DNA from: Candidatus Micrarchaeota archaeon
Lineage (GTDB): Archaea > B1Sed10-29 > B47-G15
Direction of reading: 5' to 3'
DNA: 64,000 bases
Assembly (NCBI GenBank): GCA_003660975.1
Contig: QMVG01000002.1
Coordinates: forward strand, 1 to 64,000
Below, in pieces: positions 25,484 to 34,948 of the stretch. The notes under the pieces were generated by a model. That model was not told the DNA's origin. It ran no database searches and saw only the letters and a program-made list of their open reading frames with translations. The position numbers and the translations under genes are program-made. How positions within the stretch are numbered: position 1 is the stretch's first letter; the number at the start of each line of letters is the position of its first letter.

Positions 25484-25933
25484 ATGGTAACCATTCTTTG
25501 CAGTGCTTGTCTTTTAGGTGTTAACTGCAAATATAATGGAAAAGCAAGCCCTAACGAGAGGGTTTTGCAGCTAGGAAAGAAGTATAACCTAATTCCTGTT
25601 TGTCCAGAGCAATTGGGAGGTTTGCCCACCCCAAGAGTGCCTCAGGAAATTCAAGGCATGGATGGGGACGCAGTGCTAGATGGCAAATGCAAGGTAGTAA
25701 ACAAAGAGGGCAAAGACGTTACAGAAAACTTCATTAGAGGAGCGCATGAAACACTAAAAATAGCCAAGCTTTTTAATGCCAAGCTTTTCATTGGGAAGCA
25801 AAGAAGCCCTTCCTGTGCATGCGGTGAAACATATGATGGTTCTTTTACTGGAAGGACAGTAAAGGGCGACGGTGTCACAACTGCCCTGCTGAAAAGAAAC
25901 GGCATAAAATGTATGAGTCAAGAAGAGCTATAG
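25484..25933 (+). CDS. DUF523 / TudS-family thiouracil desulfidase
   Basis: SACLLG..CKYNG, PVCPEQLGGLPTPR, K.RSPSC. Confidence 0.9.
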   Translation: MVTILCSACLLGVNCKYNGKASPNERVLQLGKKYNLIPVCPEQLGGLPTPRVPQEIQGMDGDAVLDGKCKVVNKEGKDVTENFIRGAHETLKIAKLFNAKLFIGKQRSPSCACGETYDGSFTGRTVKGDGVTTALLKRNGIKCMSQEEL

Positions 25934-26451
25934 TTTGCAGCCCTTATTTTCTCGAAACTTGAGAGAAGCTTAAATTTGGCTCCAGGCTGATTTTTTTCAA
26001 TGTCTTCAAGCATTTGCATTATGTACCCTTCCATTTCAGTATTAACGCAGTTTTTCTTTCTTTTATATGTTATACCTTCTAATTCCGCATACAATTCGTT
26101 TTCCCTTGCATAAAACCTGCTGAGGACATTTTTATTTTCATACGCTTGGCCTGTGATAAATGCCTTGAGGTAATCCTTTAAGCTGCACTCAATGTTAGAG
26201 GCATCAAGCAGGATGCTGTTCTCTTCATTGCTCATTTTGTAGTAATACTTTTTAAGGTAATGTTTTACAATTGCATTCTCAAGGAAACTGTCTTCTTTAA
26301 CATTTACTTTTGTTTTCTTATTTATGCCTCTTTTAGTTAATTCAAGCTTCAGCCTCTTTTCATATACTTTGATAAAGTGTTCCTTACACAGGTGTTGGCT
26401 CATATATGGCAGATATATAACTGCCTTTCTTGCACAGCGGGAGCAGTTCAT
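25918..26451 (-). CDS. Truncated/degenerate TtuA/Ncs6-like protein without PP-loop
   Basis: N-terminal CSRC...HLCKEHF Zn finger and C-terminal EKNQPGAKFKLL typical of archaeal TtuA/NcsA; no SGGKDS. Confidence 0.65.
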   Translation of the reverse strand: MNCSRCARKAVIYLPYMSQHLCKEHFIKVYEKRLKLELTKRGINKKTKVNVKEDSFLENAIVKHYLKKYYYKMSNEENSILLDASNIECSLKDYLKAFITGQAYENKNVLSRFYARENELYAELEGITYKRKKNCVNTEMEGYIMQMLEDIEKNQPGAKFKLLSSFEKIRAANYSSS

Positions 26452-26455
26452 AAAA

Positions 26456-28312
26456 TCAACCAAAAAACACCACTCTTTTACTCAATAGCGTTGGCAGATT
26501 TAATTGCCTAAATGGCTTGCCTTTGCACTCTTCACTAATTGTCTTTTGCAATTCTTCCATAGCCATCTCTCTAACTTCTTTTCTTTCCCTTACTCTAACA
26601 TTCAGCTTTCCTGATTTCACTTCTTTATCGCCCAGCACGGCAATGTAAGGTATCCACTCCTTTTCTGCCTTTCTTATCTTCTTGCTTAAACTATCAGCGC
26701 TGTCATCAATGTCCACCCTTACGTTTTTTAGTTGATTTGCAAAGTCAATAGCATTTTTTAAGTACTTATCAGACACAGGGATTATTCTTACTTGTGTTGG
26801 GGATAGCCATACAGGAAGCATAGGGCTTTTCCCTTCTCTCATCCTTCTGTACTCTCTCTCAAGCAATGCGTACATTATTCTCTCTATGGCCCCTGGCGAG
26901 AAGTGCATTATAATAGGCCTTTCTCTGTTCCCACTTTCATCTATAAAGTTTATATTATACGCCTCAGCGTTTTCAACATCAAACTGGTCTGTCGTTAGTG
27001 CAGCTGCTTTGTTGTTATTGTCCACAAAATTCCACTCATATTTTAAGACAAAATAGAAGAACCTTTCATCCCACATTTCCAAGAGGGCAGGTTTGCCCCA
27101 CAATTTTACTAATTCATTAATGAAATCTTTATGCTCATTGTAGAATGATTTAGTTACTCTTATTCCCAGTTCAAAGTCTTCCTTGATATTAAATCCTATA
27201 GCTTGGTGGATTTTTTTTGCGACTTTGAATCTCGTAATCATCTCTTCCTTTGCTTGCTCGAAGTCACGGCAGAGGGCATGGCAGTCAGGCATAGTGAAAG
27301 CCCTAAGCCTTCTCAATCCAGCAATTTCTCCCCTTTGCTCTGCCCGATAGCACTTTGCCATTTCATACAGCCGCACAGGCAGTTGTTTGTAGCTTATTAC
27401 AGCGTCTTTTGCTGTTAGAAACTGGCCAAAACAGGCAGCAAATCTTAAAAATAGTTTTTTATTTGGGCTATTCACGACATACTGCCTCGCTGGAAATCTG
27501 TTTAAGTATTTTTTAAGGCTTTCATGCTCGTAATCATACATTATAGGGGTCTCAAGTTCCATTGCACCATAAGACAGCATTTCCCTTGTTATGAGCTCCT
27601 CAAGAAGCGCCTTAATCAACCTGCCTTTTGGGTAAAATTTGAGATTTCCCGGGTCACTACCACCCTCATAATTTGCTATCTCCTGTTCTCTCATCAGTTT
27701 TACATGTGGTGGTTCCTTCTTTACCTCCCTTGATTTGGATATCTCATAAGCTGCAAATGCTTTTAGCCTTTCATAGCCAGTGAAATCAAAACCAGATATG
27801 TCTCCATTTTTTTTCTCTATCCTGTATAGGGCACCGTGAGTGTCAACGATATACCAATGGCTCTTGAGTTTCCTCTCAGCCACCAAGGCCTTGCTTTCTT
27901 CTTTAGCAGCCCTTATTTCACGGGACAGTTCACTTAGGGGATGGCCCTTTACTTTCACTGTAAAGCTCTTGTACCAGCCAAAAGGAGCTTTTTTAACATC
28001 ACAGTTTTTCTTTATCTCCCTGTACAGCTTTTCAAGTATTTTTCCAGCATCTTCTAAATCAGCTAACTCTGAACTCAGGTGTGCCCAAGGATATATCATA
28101 ACCTTTTTTGTTCCAACTTCTCTGCATATCTTCTCAATCTCTTCAGCAGCTTTTTTCACTTCAGCTTCGCCGTCATTTTTCTCAACGCTTGTTAGCACTA
28201 ACAAACATTCTTCCATTCTATCTGTTTTTTCTTTTATTTGCTCGGGCTTTTTAACAGCTGGCTTTATAGCTTGAAATTCAACGAAGTCAGAATGCAGCAT
28301 TATAATTCTCAT
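26456..28312 (-). CDS. thrS: Archaeal threonyl-tRNA synthetase with N-terminal editing domain
   Basis: YPWAHLS, APFGWYK, KGHPLSELSR, RFAACFG, RLRAFTMPD, IER, PTQVR. Confidence 0.97.
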   Translation of the reverse strand: MRIIMLHSDFVEFQAIKPAVKKPEQIKEKTDRMEECLLVLTSVEKNDGEAEVKKAAEEIEKICREVGTKKVMIYPWAHLSSELADLEDAGKILEKLYREIKKNCDVKKAPFGWYKSFTVKVKGHPLSELSREIRAAKEESKALVAERKLKSHWYIVDTHGALYRIEKKNGDISGFDFTGYERLKAFAAYEISKSREVKKEPPHVKLMREQEIANYEGGSDPGNLKFYPKGRLIKALLEELITREMLSYGAMELETPIMYDYEHESLKKYLNRFPARQYVVNSPNKKLFLRFAACFGQFLTAKDAVISYKQLPVRLYEMAKCYRAEQRGEIAGLRRLRAFTMPDCHALCRDFEQAKEEMITRFKVAKKIHQAIGFNIKEDFELGIRVTKSFYNEHKDFINELVKLWGKPALLEMWDERFFYFVLKYEWNFVDNNNKAAALTTDQFDVENAEAYNINFIDESGNRERPIIMHFSPGAIERIMYALLEREYRRMREGKSPMLPVWLSPTQVRIIPVSDKYLKNAIDFANQLKNVRVDIDDSADSLSKKIRKAEKEWIPYIAVLGDKEVKSGKLNVRVRERKEVREMAMEELQKTISEECKGKPFRQLNLPTLLSKRVVFFG

Positions 28313-28369
28313 ATGAACACCAATGCTAGAATTAGTGATTTTGGAATTAAAATATTTATTATGGAAAAC

Positions 28370-29932
28370 TCAGATAGATGGAGGCACAGCTGTTTCTTTC
28401 CACCTGTAATATAAGTCATCTTTTAATTTTTTGCCTGTTCTCGCTTCCCATTCCTTTGGACTTTCACCGTAATCAAGCTGCATCTTTATGGCGTACTCTT
28501 GCTGCAAGCCCCAGAAAGCACAGAATGGAACGATTCTGCCATCAGGCATGGCATAATGGATCACACACCTTTTGACACGCTCAATGTCATAATTGTACGG
28601 GTCCATGAAGTGCATATTTCCTATAAACATCATCTTATAGTGGAATTCGCCTAGAGAGTGGTAGTCTCTTTTTGCCAAAACCTCAAGTATTATTTTCTTT
28701 AAGTCAAATTCTTTAGGGGCTTTCTTGCTATCGATAATCTTATTCAATTCTATCAGTGCATTAGCCAAGAATTTCGCCTTTGTTATCTTTCCTCCTTTCT
28801 TTATCTTTTCACTCCATTCCTCTAAGAAGTTGAAGAATCTCTTTACATCCACAAACTTTGTTATAGGCACTAACTTGTTGTTTTCCTTATCTATGTAAAC
28901 ATAAGTAGCTCCTCCGCAGTGCGGGTGAGCTGTAAACTCAAGGTCCAACTCGCCGGTCCAAGCCTCGCTGAACTTGGAGACAGGCACTACAGAAGGAATA
29001 GGATAAAAGTCCTCCCCTGTTATTTGCCCATCGGTTTGCTCCTCTATCCATTTGTACAGGTCAGGTATGGTTACCCTTTCCCTGTTTCTTTGTTCTGCAG
29101 GCATGCTACCAACAAAAGATACTGGCTGGAAGTTTACGCCTCTAACTATATCGCTGTTTTCAGCAGCAAATCTTATGATGTCTCCTACCTCCTGGTCATT
29201 TACTCCCCTTATCAATGTAGGCACTAGGACAACTCCAAGCCCTACTTTCCTGCAATTTTCAATGGTTTTTTTGTTTTCCTCCAACCACGGATTGCTCTTC
29301 ATCGTAACGCCATCAAAGGACATATACAATACATTGACACCTGCCTTTCTGACCTTCACACAAAGCTCTGGGTCTTCAGCAGTTTTTATACCGTTTGTGT
29401 TCAGCTGTATATGGGTGAAACCTTTCTCCTTCGCCATTTTTATTATATCAATTAAGTCGTCTCTAACAGTTGGCTCTCCCCCTGTTATTTGCAGAGCTTT
29501 CGCAGGGACAGGTCTTTCAGCCCTCAAAGCATCTAACATTTTTTCTATAACCTCTAATGGAGGATCAAAAACCTTCCCTACTCTTCCAACATTGGCAAAG
29601 CAATACCAGCATCTTAAATTGCATCTGTTAGTGACAAATATGTTAGCCAAACCTGTCGTAGATAAGTGAAGTTTACACAAGCCGCAGTCATGAGGGCAAA
29701 CAGGGTTTTCCTTTGTTATTGCTGGGTTTTCAATGCCAGGGCCGTCTCTTAGGTATTTTGCAGCTTCGTGGTACAATTTGGCATCAGACCAATATGTTTC
29801 TTTAAAGTGGCCGTGTTCTGGGCAGGTCTTTTCCAGATATATTTTACCATCTTCCTCTATTATATCTGCTTTTAACACTTTGAAGCATACAGGACATATT
29901 GATTCTGTTTCCTTTATTTTCTTCGCAACCAT
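28370..29932 (-). CDS. tes: Radical SAM tetraether lipid synthase (Tes/GDGT-MAS, MJ0619 family)
   Basis: CPVC..CPEH, CPHDCGLC..H, CNLRCWYC, NFQPV, HPHCG, HFMDPYNYD.ERVKRCVIHY...PFC. Confidence 0.9.
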   Translation of the reverse strand: MVAKKIKETESICPVCFKVLKADIIEEDGKIYLEKTCPEHGHFKETYWSDAKLYHEAAKYLRDGPGIENPAITKENPVCPHDCGLCKLHLSTTGLANIFVTNRCNLRCWYCFANVGRVGKVFDPPLEVIEKMLDALRAERPVPAKALQITGGEPTVRDDLIDIIKMAKEKGFTHIQLNTNGIKTAEDPELCVKVRKAGVNVLYMSFDGVTMKSNPWLEENKKTIENCRKVGLGVVLVPTLIRGVNDQEVGDIIRFAAENSDIVRGVNFQPVSFVGSMPAEQRNRERVTIPDLYKWIEEQTDGQITGEDFYPIPSVVPVSKFSEAWTGELDLEFTAHPHCGGATYVYIDKENNKLVPITKFVDVKRFFNFLEEWSEKIKKGGKITKAKFLANALIELNKIIDSKKAPKEFDLKKIILEVLAKRDYHSLGEFHYKMMFIGNMHFMDPYNYDIERVKRCVIHYAMPDGRIVPFCAFWGLQQEYAIKMQLDYGESPKEWEARTGKKLKDDLYYRWKETAVPPSI

Positions 29933-29961
29933 AATATCCACTCTTCAATTCTCTCGCATAG

Positions 29962-30010
29962 TTTTTTAAATATATAAATATAAAACAATATTGTTGTTTA
30001 AAAGACAACA
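29962..30010. promoter_or_regulatory. Divergent tes/trmB promoter with inverted repeats
   Basis: TTTAAATATATAAA TATA tract; AACAATATTGTT palindrome (29984-29995); TGTTGT-N7-ACAACA (29992-30010). Confidence 0.5.
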
Positions 30011-30024
30011 TTTGAGATGGTCAT

Positions 30025-30756
30025 ATGTCTGATTTGGTTTCTAAGTTAAAAACACTTGGTTTTACAGATTACGAAGCAAAAGCATACATTGCTCTAGTTA
30101 GCTCTGGGGCTGCTTCTGTGACTGAGATAAGTCAAATATGCGATGTGCCTCGTTCCAACCTTTACTCTGTTTTGGAAAAATTAAATGAAAAAGGTTTTGT
30201 TGAAATTCAACGCGGAAGGCCTATAATGTTTCAAGCAGTGAAACCCTCAAAAGCGTTAAATGAGCAAGTAGACAAGCTGACAAAAAGCATAGAAAAAGCG
30301 AAGAAGGAGGCAATAAAGGAACTGGAAGCCATGATAAAGTCAACACAGAAGAACATAGAACCTGCACTGATATGGGCAGTTAAGGGCAGCTCTGCTGTTA
30401 CAACCAGGTTAGCAGAGATGATAAAGCGCTCTAGAAAGGAGGTTCTGATAAATACCCCTTCTCTCTCATTGCTGAATGAGAATGTCGTAAAAGCAATAAA
30501 AGAAGCCTCTGAAAGAGGAGTGAAGATAAAAGTGGTCACTCAGTCAACAAGAGGAATAGAACTATTTAGAAAAATATGCATAGTGAGAAGCAGGGATAAG
30601 ATATATGGTCTTGATGCTGTGGTTGATGAGAGGGAAGTACTTGTCGCTCCTGCTATGCCTGCAATTGCTGTTTGGGTAGATAACCCCACGATGGCTGCTC
30701 ATGTGAAGGATTTTCTCAACCTTGTTTGGAAGGACTCAAACATAATAGGCAAGTAG
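30025..30756 (+). CDS. TrmB family transcriptional regulator
   Basis: LGFTDYEAKAYIAL...VPRSNLYSVLEKL.EKGFV...GRP; PLD-like C-terminal domain. Confidence 0.93.
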   Translation: MSDLVSKLKTLGFTDYEAKAYIALVSSGAASVTEISQICDVPRSNLYSVLEKLNEKGFVEIQRGRPIMFQAVKPSKALNEQVDKLTKSIEKAKKEAIKELEAMIKSTQKNIEPALIWAVKGSSAVTTRLAEMIKRSRKEVLINTPSLSLLNENVVKAIKEASERGVKIKVVTQSTRGIELFRKICIVRSRDKIYGLDAVVDEREVLVAPAMPAIAVWVDNPTMAAHVKDFLNLVWKDSNIIGK

Positions 30757-30792
30757 TAAATTCTTATAAACGAGTAGTGATTTCTTAACAAT

Positions 30793-32295
30793 ATGGACTA
30801 TTTGAAGAAGCTTGTAGACAGTGCTAAAGACACAGGAGTAAATCAAGCATCTACCAAAAAGACACTAGTAGCAAGCTATGGAGATGTCAAAATATATAAG
30901 ATAGAGGGAGAAGCGCTTCTTCTTTATACTGTTCCGGTTGTGAAGCCTACAGGTCCTGAGAGAGAAATCATAGACACTTTGAAAGAAGCAGCAACACGTT
31001 TAATAAGCATAAGTCCTGAAGAGATAAGAGACCCAAAGCTCATGAGAGACATATACACACAGAGAGTGAAGGAGATTATCGAGTCAAGCCCAGAACTAGG
31101 CATACCAAAGACGCGATTTGACTTTTATGCTGAAATGGTCGTTAGGGAAATGATAGGATATGGTTATCTAGACCCCTTAATTCACGATGACAAGTTGGAG
31201 GAAATAATGGTTATAGGAGCGCAGAAACCTGTCTATGTCTTTCATAGGGATTATGACATGATGAAAACCAACATTGTTTTTAGCACTGACAGCGAGATAT
31301 ACAACTTAATTTCCAGGATTGCGATGGGAGTGGGAAGGCGAATTGACAAGCAAAACCCCATATTAGATGCCAGATTGCCTGATGGCTCTAGGGTGAATGC
31401 CACGATAAAGCCAATAAGCTTGAATGGCTCAACCATAACTATAAGGAAATTTAGAGAGGATCCGCTAACTGTAGTTGATTTGATAAATAATGGAACCATG
31501 GACTCCTATTTAGCTGCTTTTCTTTGGCTGGCAGTTGATGGTCTTTACAGTAAGCCTGCCAACATCCTCGTTTCAGGTGGCACAGGTAGTGGTAAAACAA
31601 CCACCTTAAACGTACTGGCCAGTTTTATCCCAAGAGAGGAAAGGGTGGTGACGATAGAAGACACTGCTGAGCTAAAGCTTCCAATAGAGCACATAGTGAG
31701 GTTTGAGACGCGTCCTCCAGGGCTTGAAGGCACAGGCGAAATAAGTATGGATGCCCTTGTCAAAAATGCTTTAAGGATGAGGCCTGATAGGATCATAGTA
31801 GGCGAGATAAGGCACGCTGAGGCCTTCACGCTTTTCACAGCCATGAACACAGGACATCAGGGTTGCATGGGAACAGTGCACGCTAATGACGCTTCAGAAA
31901 CGGTAATTAGGTTGACAAACCCACCAATGAGTGTTCCGAAGATTATGCTTACCGCGCTTGACTTGATAGTGGTTCAGAGCAGGATAAGAGACAGGAGAAA
32001 AGGCACAATAAGGAGAGTTACAGAACTTGCAGAGCTTACTGCTGTGTCCAATGAAGGCGACGTTCATTTACAAACGCTGTTTTCATGGGATCCTGTCTCA
32101 GATAGTATAAATCATATGAAAATCAACTCACACTATCTCAAAGAGCTATCCAGATATGCGGGTATGTCTGTTGATGACATTGAGCTTGAAATAGAGAAAA
32201 GGAAACAGGTTTTAGAAGAGCTTACATCCAAAGGGATTAGAGACCTTAAAACTGTGTCTACATATCTAAACCGTTTTGAGGTAAGTAATAAATGA
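30793..32295 (+). CDS. Type IV pilus assembly ATPase
   Basis: LDARLPDGSRVNA, GGTGSGKTT, IEDTAEL, LRMRPDRIIVGEIR, GTVHAN. Confidence 0.95.
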   Translation: MDYLKKLVDSAKDTGVNQASTKKTLVASYGDVKIYKIEGEALLLYTVPVVKPTGPEREIIDTLKEAATRLISISPEEIRDPKLMRDIYTQRVKEIIESSPELGIPKTRFDFYAEMVVREMIGYGYLDPLIHDDKLEEIMVIGAQKPVYVFHRDYDMMKTNIVFSTDSEIYNLISRIAMGVGRRIDKQNPILDARLPDGSRVNATIKPISLNGSTITIRKFREDPLTVVDLINNGTMDSYLAAFLWLAVDGLYSKPANILVSGGTGSGKTTTLNVLASFIPREERVVTIEDTAELKLPIEHIVRFETRPPGLEGTGEISMDALVKNALRMRPDRIIVGEIRHAEAFTLFTAMNTGHQGCMGTVHANDASETVIRLTNPPMSVPKIMLTALDLIVVQSRIRDRRKGTIRRVTELAELTAVSNEGDVHLQTLFSWDPVSDSINHMKINSHYLKELSRYAGMSVDDIELEIEKRKQVLEELTSKGIRDLKTVSTYLNRFEVSNK

Positions 32296-33404
32296 CAGAA
32301 ATAAAGAAACTAAAAAAAATTTTGGAAGCCGAGGATAGGAAAGAGAAAGAGCAGTCGCCATACCTGAACAGACAGTTGCTTTCTAAGATAATAAAGAGGA
32401 TGGAAAAAAAATATGAAAAGGAGGGACTTAGCACCCCTGATTATGCTGCAAGAGAAAAAAAAGCAGAAAAGCTTAAAGTAATCACAGGCTCTCCAAAGGA
32501 ATTGCTCTTGTCAAAAAAGCCAATAGTAAGGTTTCTAATTAGCATATATATGTTATCTTCTCCAATCAGTTATTACCTTCTAACATTTCTTGAGAAAATT
32601 TTAGGCAAGAGCTTGGAAAAAGACCTTAAAGCTTCTGGCATGATGTATTCCCAGAAGCAATACCTTGCATTGACTATGTCGCTTGTGTTTATCCTGTGGG
32701 TTTCATTTTTAATCCCTCTGACAGCACTGACGCTGCTCTTTCATTTTTCTCTATTCTACCTGCTTCTTTCAGCCATTTTAATCCCTTTGCTTGCTTTTTC
32801 AATTGCATTTTTACTACCAAGCACAAGGGCCAGCAAAATAGCAAATGAGATTGACAAGGAGCTTCCATTTGCATTGAGACATATGAGCATACAAATACGG
32901 GCTGGAGTTGGAATATACAATTCCATGGAGTCAATAGCTGTGTCTGATTATGGCTATTTGTCAAAAGGTTTCAAATTCGTTCTCAGCAATATCCAAAAAG
33001 GCATGCCAACTGAAGAAGCTTTAGAGTCGTGGGCATATATGACACGGTCAGAAGCCCTTCAAAGGGTTATAAGCCACATAGTTAGAGCTCTAAGAACAGG
33101 CGGCAATCTCTCTGATATTATGCTAAGCATTTCAGAGGACATATCATTTGAAAGAAGAATGAAAATATCTGACTTTGCCGAGAAACTCAACCTCATGGCT
33201 CTTTTTTTGATGATGGTGGCCATAGTAGTACCTGTTATGGTAGGCATACTGACTGCCATTGCATCAATGCCCTCTCTTAGCTCTTATGTAAATGTCTTTT
33301 CTATATTCTCACTAACTTTTCTGCAGTTGCTGTATTTTCTGATAAGCCCAAGCCTTATATTGCTCTTCCTTTACTTCATAAAGATCTCAGATCCAGGTGC
33401 TTGA
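32292..33404 (+). CDS. Type IV pilus platform protein (TadC/T2SS-F family) 1
   Basis: ELPFALRHM...GVG...YG.LS..F...GGNLSD; TM helices. Confidence 0.92.
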   Translation: MTEIKKLKKILEAEDRKEKEQSPYLNRQLLSKIIKRMEKKYEKEGLSTPDYAAREKKAEKLKVITGSPKELLLSKKPIVRFLISIYMLSSPISYYLLTFLEKILGKSLEKDLKASGMMYSQKQYLALTMSLVFILWVSFLIPLTALTLLFHFSLFYLLLSAILIPLLAFSIAFLLPSTRASKIANEIDKELPFALRHMSIQIRAGVGIYNSMESIAVSDYGYLSKGFKFVLSNIQKGMPTEEALESWAYMTRSEALQRVISHIVRALRTGGNLSDIMLSISEDISFERRMKISDFAEKLNLMALFLMMVAIVVPVMVGILTAIASMPSLSSYVNVFSIFSLTFLQLLYFLISPSLILLFLYFIKISDPGA

Positions 33405-34259
33405 ATGAAGGCATTAGAAAAGTATCAAGAAATAGCCCATTTCGCAGGGATTTCACAGCCCTGGCTTTTGTTGGGAGGAAGTATTTCAATAGGCGCAATA
33501 CTGTTTTTCCTTTTGTTGTCCTATGACCCAATACTCTCAGTGCTTGTATTACTTATCTCCTTAGATGTATCTTTCGGCCTGCCTTTTTTGCTCGCAAGTA
33601 GGAAGGTTGAGAAGATTGAAGACAGCTTGCCAGATGTATTGCAGCACATAAGCACCACACTGAAAGCAGGCTCCACAATAGAGATGGCTCTAAAGGAGGT
33701 CTCCTTAGTTGACTATGGCCCAATAAGCCAAGAGATGAAACGGATGCTGGACGAAATAAACAAAGGCAAGACATTTGAAGAGGCCTTCAACGACTTTGCT
33801 GAAAGTTCTCACTCAAAACTTGTTAAGAAGATTGCAATCATAATCTCAGCCGCAAGGCGAAGCGGTGGGGCTCTATTACAGACTTTGAGCCTCACAGCAG
33901 AGGATATAAGAGCTGTTAACCGCTTGAGACGGGAGAGAAAAAGCAAAACACTTATGCAGTTCTTGTTTTTGATAGCAGCAAGCTCTATCGTAGCTCCTTT
34001 TATATTTGGCATAGTGCGGGCTGTTCTGTCAACACTTCTTTCAATAAGCCCTTTTACCAACACAGATACATTGCAAGCCTTTGATTTTACATTTAAGCTA
34101 TTTCTGGTATTGCAAGGTACTCTTACAACTATTGGAGCTGTTATGGTGAAAGAAGGCAAATTAGAAAAAAGTGCGCTTTACATCCCATTTTCTCTCTTCT
34201 CTATTTACGTGATATACAGCCTCGTGTCTGTCCTCTTTATGTCTTTAATAGGTGTTTGA
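33405..34259 (+). CDS. Type IV pilus platform protein (TadC/T2SS-F family) 2
   Basis: IEDSLPDVL...AGSTIE.AL...YGP.S.E...GG.L..TL. Confidence 0.92.
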   Translation: MKALEKYQEIAHFAGISQPWLLLGGSISIGAILFFLLLSYDPILSVLVLLISLDVSFGLPFLLASRKVEKIEDSLPDVLQHISTTLKAGSTIEMALKEVSLVDYGPISQEMKRMLDEINKGKTFEEAFNDFAESSHSKLVKKIAIIISAARRSGGALLQTLSLTAEDIRAVNRLRRERKSKTLMQFLFLIAASSIVAPFIFGIVRAVLSTLLSISPFTNTDTLQAFDFTFKLFLVLQGTLTTIGAVMVKEGKLEKSALYIPFSLFSIYVIYSLVSVLFMSLIGV

Positions 34260-34260
34260 T

Positions 34261-34566
34261 ATGAAAGCCCAAACTGCTATGGAATACCTAGTCCTGACAG
34301 CTGTTGTGTTGACCATTGTAACTGTTGTAAGTTATATGATACTTACGGCATCAAAAGCAAGTGGTCAGACAGCCTCAGAGATGACCTGCAGGGCAACAGC
34401 CTCCTCATATAAGTTAGCTATAATGGCAGACCCAAATGCCTGCGATGCAGAATGCGAAAAGGCCTGCGAAAAAGCCTGCGTGGACAGCAATGGCTATGAT
34501 GTAATTGGAGGCGAAAAAGGTTGCGGAACAGGTTGTCAGGCTTGCAAAAGCGGGACATTGCATTAA
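34261..34566 (+). CDS. Class III signal peptide pilin with Cys-rich head
   Basis: MKA/QTAMEYL plus hydrophobic helix; 8 Cys. Confidence 0.85.
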   Translation: MKAQTAMEYLVLTAVVLTIVTVVSYMILTASKASGQTASEMTCRATASSYKLAIMADPNACDAECEKACEKACVDSNGYDVIGGEKGCGTGCQACKSGTLH

Positions 34567-34607
34567 TCTTTTTATAGAACAATGCTCTTATGTTCTCTGG
34601 TGTTATC

Positions 34608-34916
34608 ATGAAGGCACAGGGCTCACTTGAATACCTAATCATATTAGCAGCTGTATTGGCAATAGGAGCTATAGTGGTTTTGTTTGTGACAGATGCTTTT
34701 AGCCAGACAAAAACAGCTGCGAGCGTTGAGAATTGTAGAAATGCACTTACAAAAGTATATCAAGAATACAAACTTCACGGGTCTGTTGCCAAAGACATTT
34801 CGGACAGCTGCTATGAAATCTGCAAGGATTTCGTTTATGCATCCTCACCAGCAACAGACTTTTGTGATGGGGAAGGTTTGACAGAAGACATAATAAACCA
34901 CATAAGCCAATCCTAA
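34608..34916 (+). CDS. Class III signal peptide pilin (possible major pilin; own TATA near 34569)
   Basis: MKA/QGSLEYLIILAAVLAI. Confidence 0.88.
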   Translation: MKAQGSLEYLIILAAVLAIGAIVVLFVTDAFSQTKTAASVENCRNALTKVYQEYKLHGSVAKDISDSCYEICKDFVYASSPATDFCDGEGLTEDIINHISQS

Positions 34917-34948
34917 TCGTTAAATATTCTTTTTGATACTATTCTCCT

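Noticed and set aside
14872-31406. Shared ATPase tract as a diversity-generating retroelement TR/VR pair
   Set aside because: No adenine-specific mismatches, both copies are in conserved coding motifs, and no reverse transcriptase is present.
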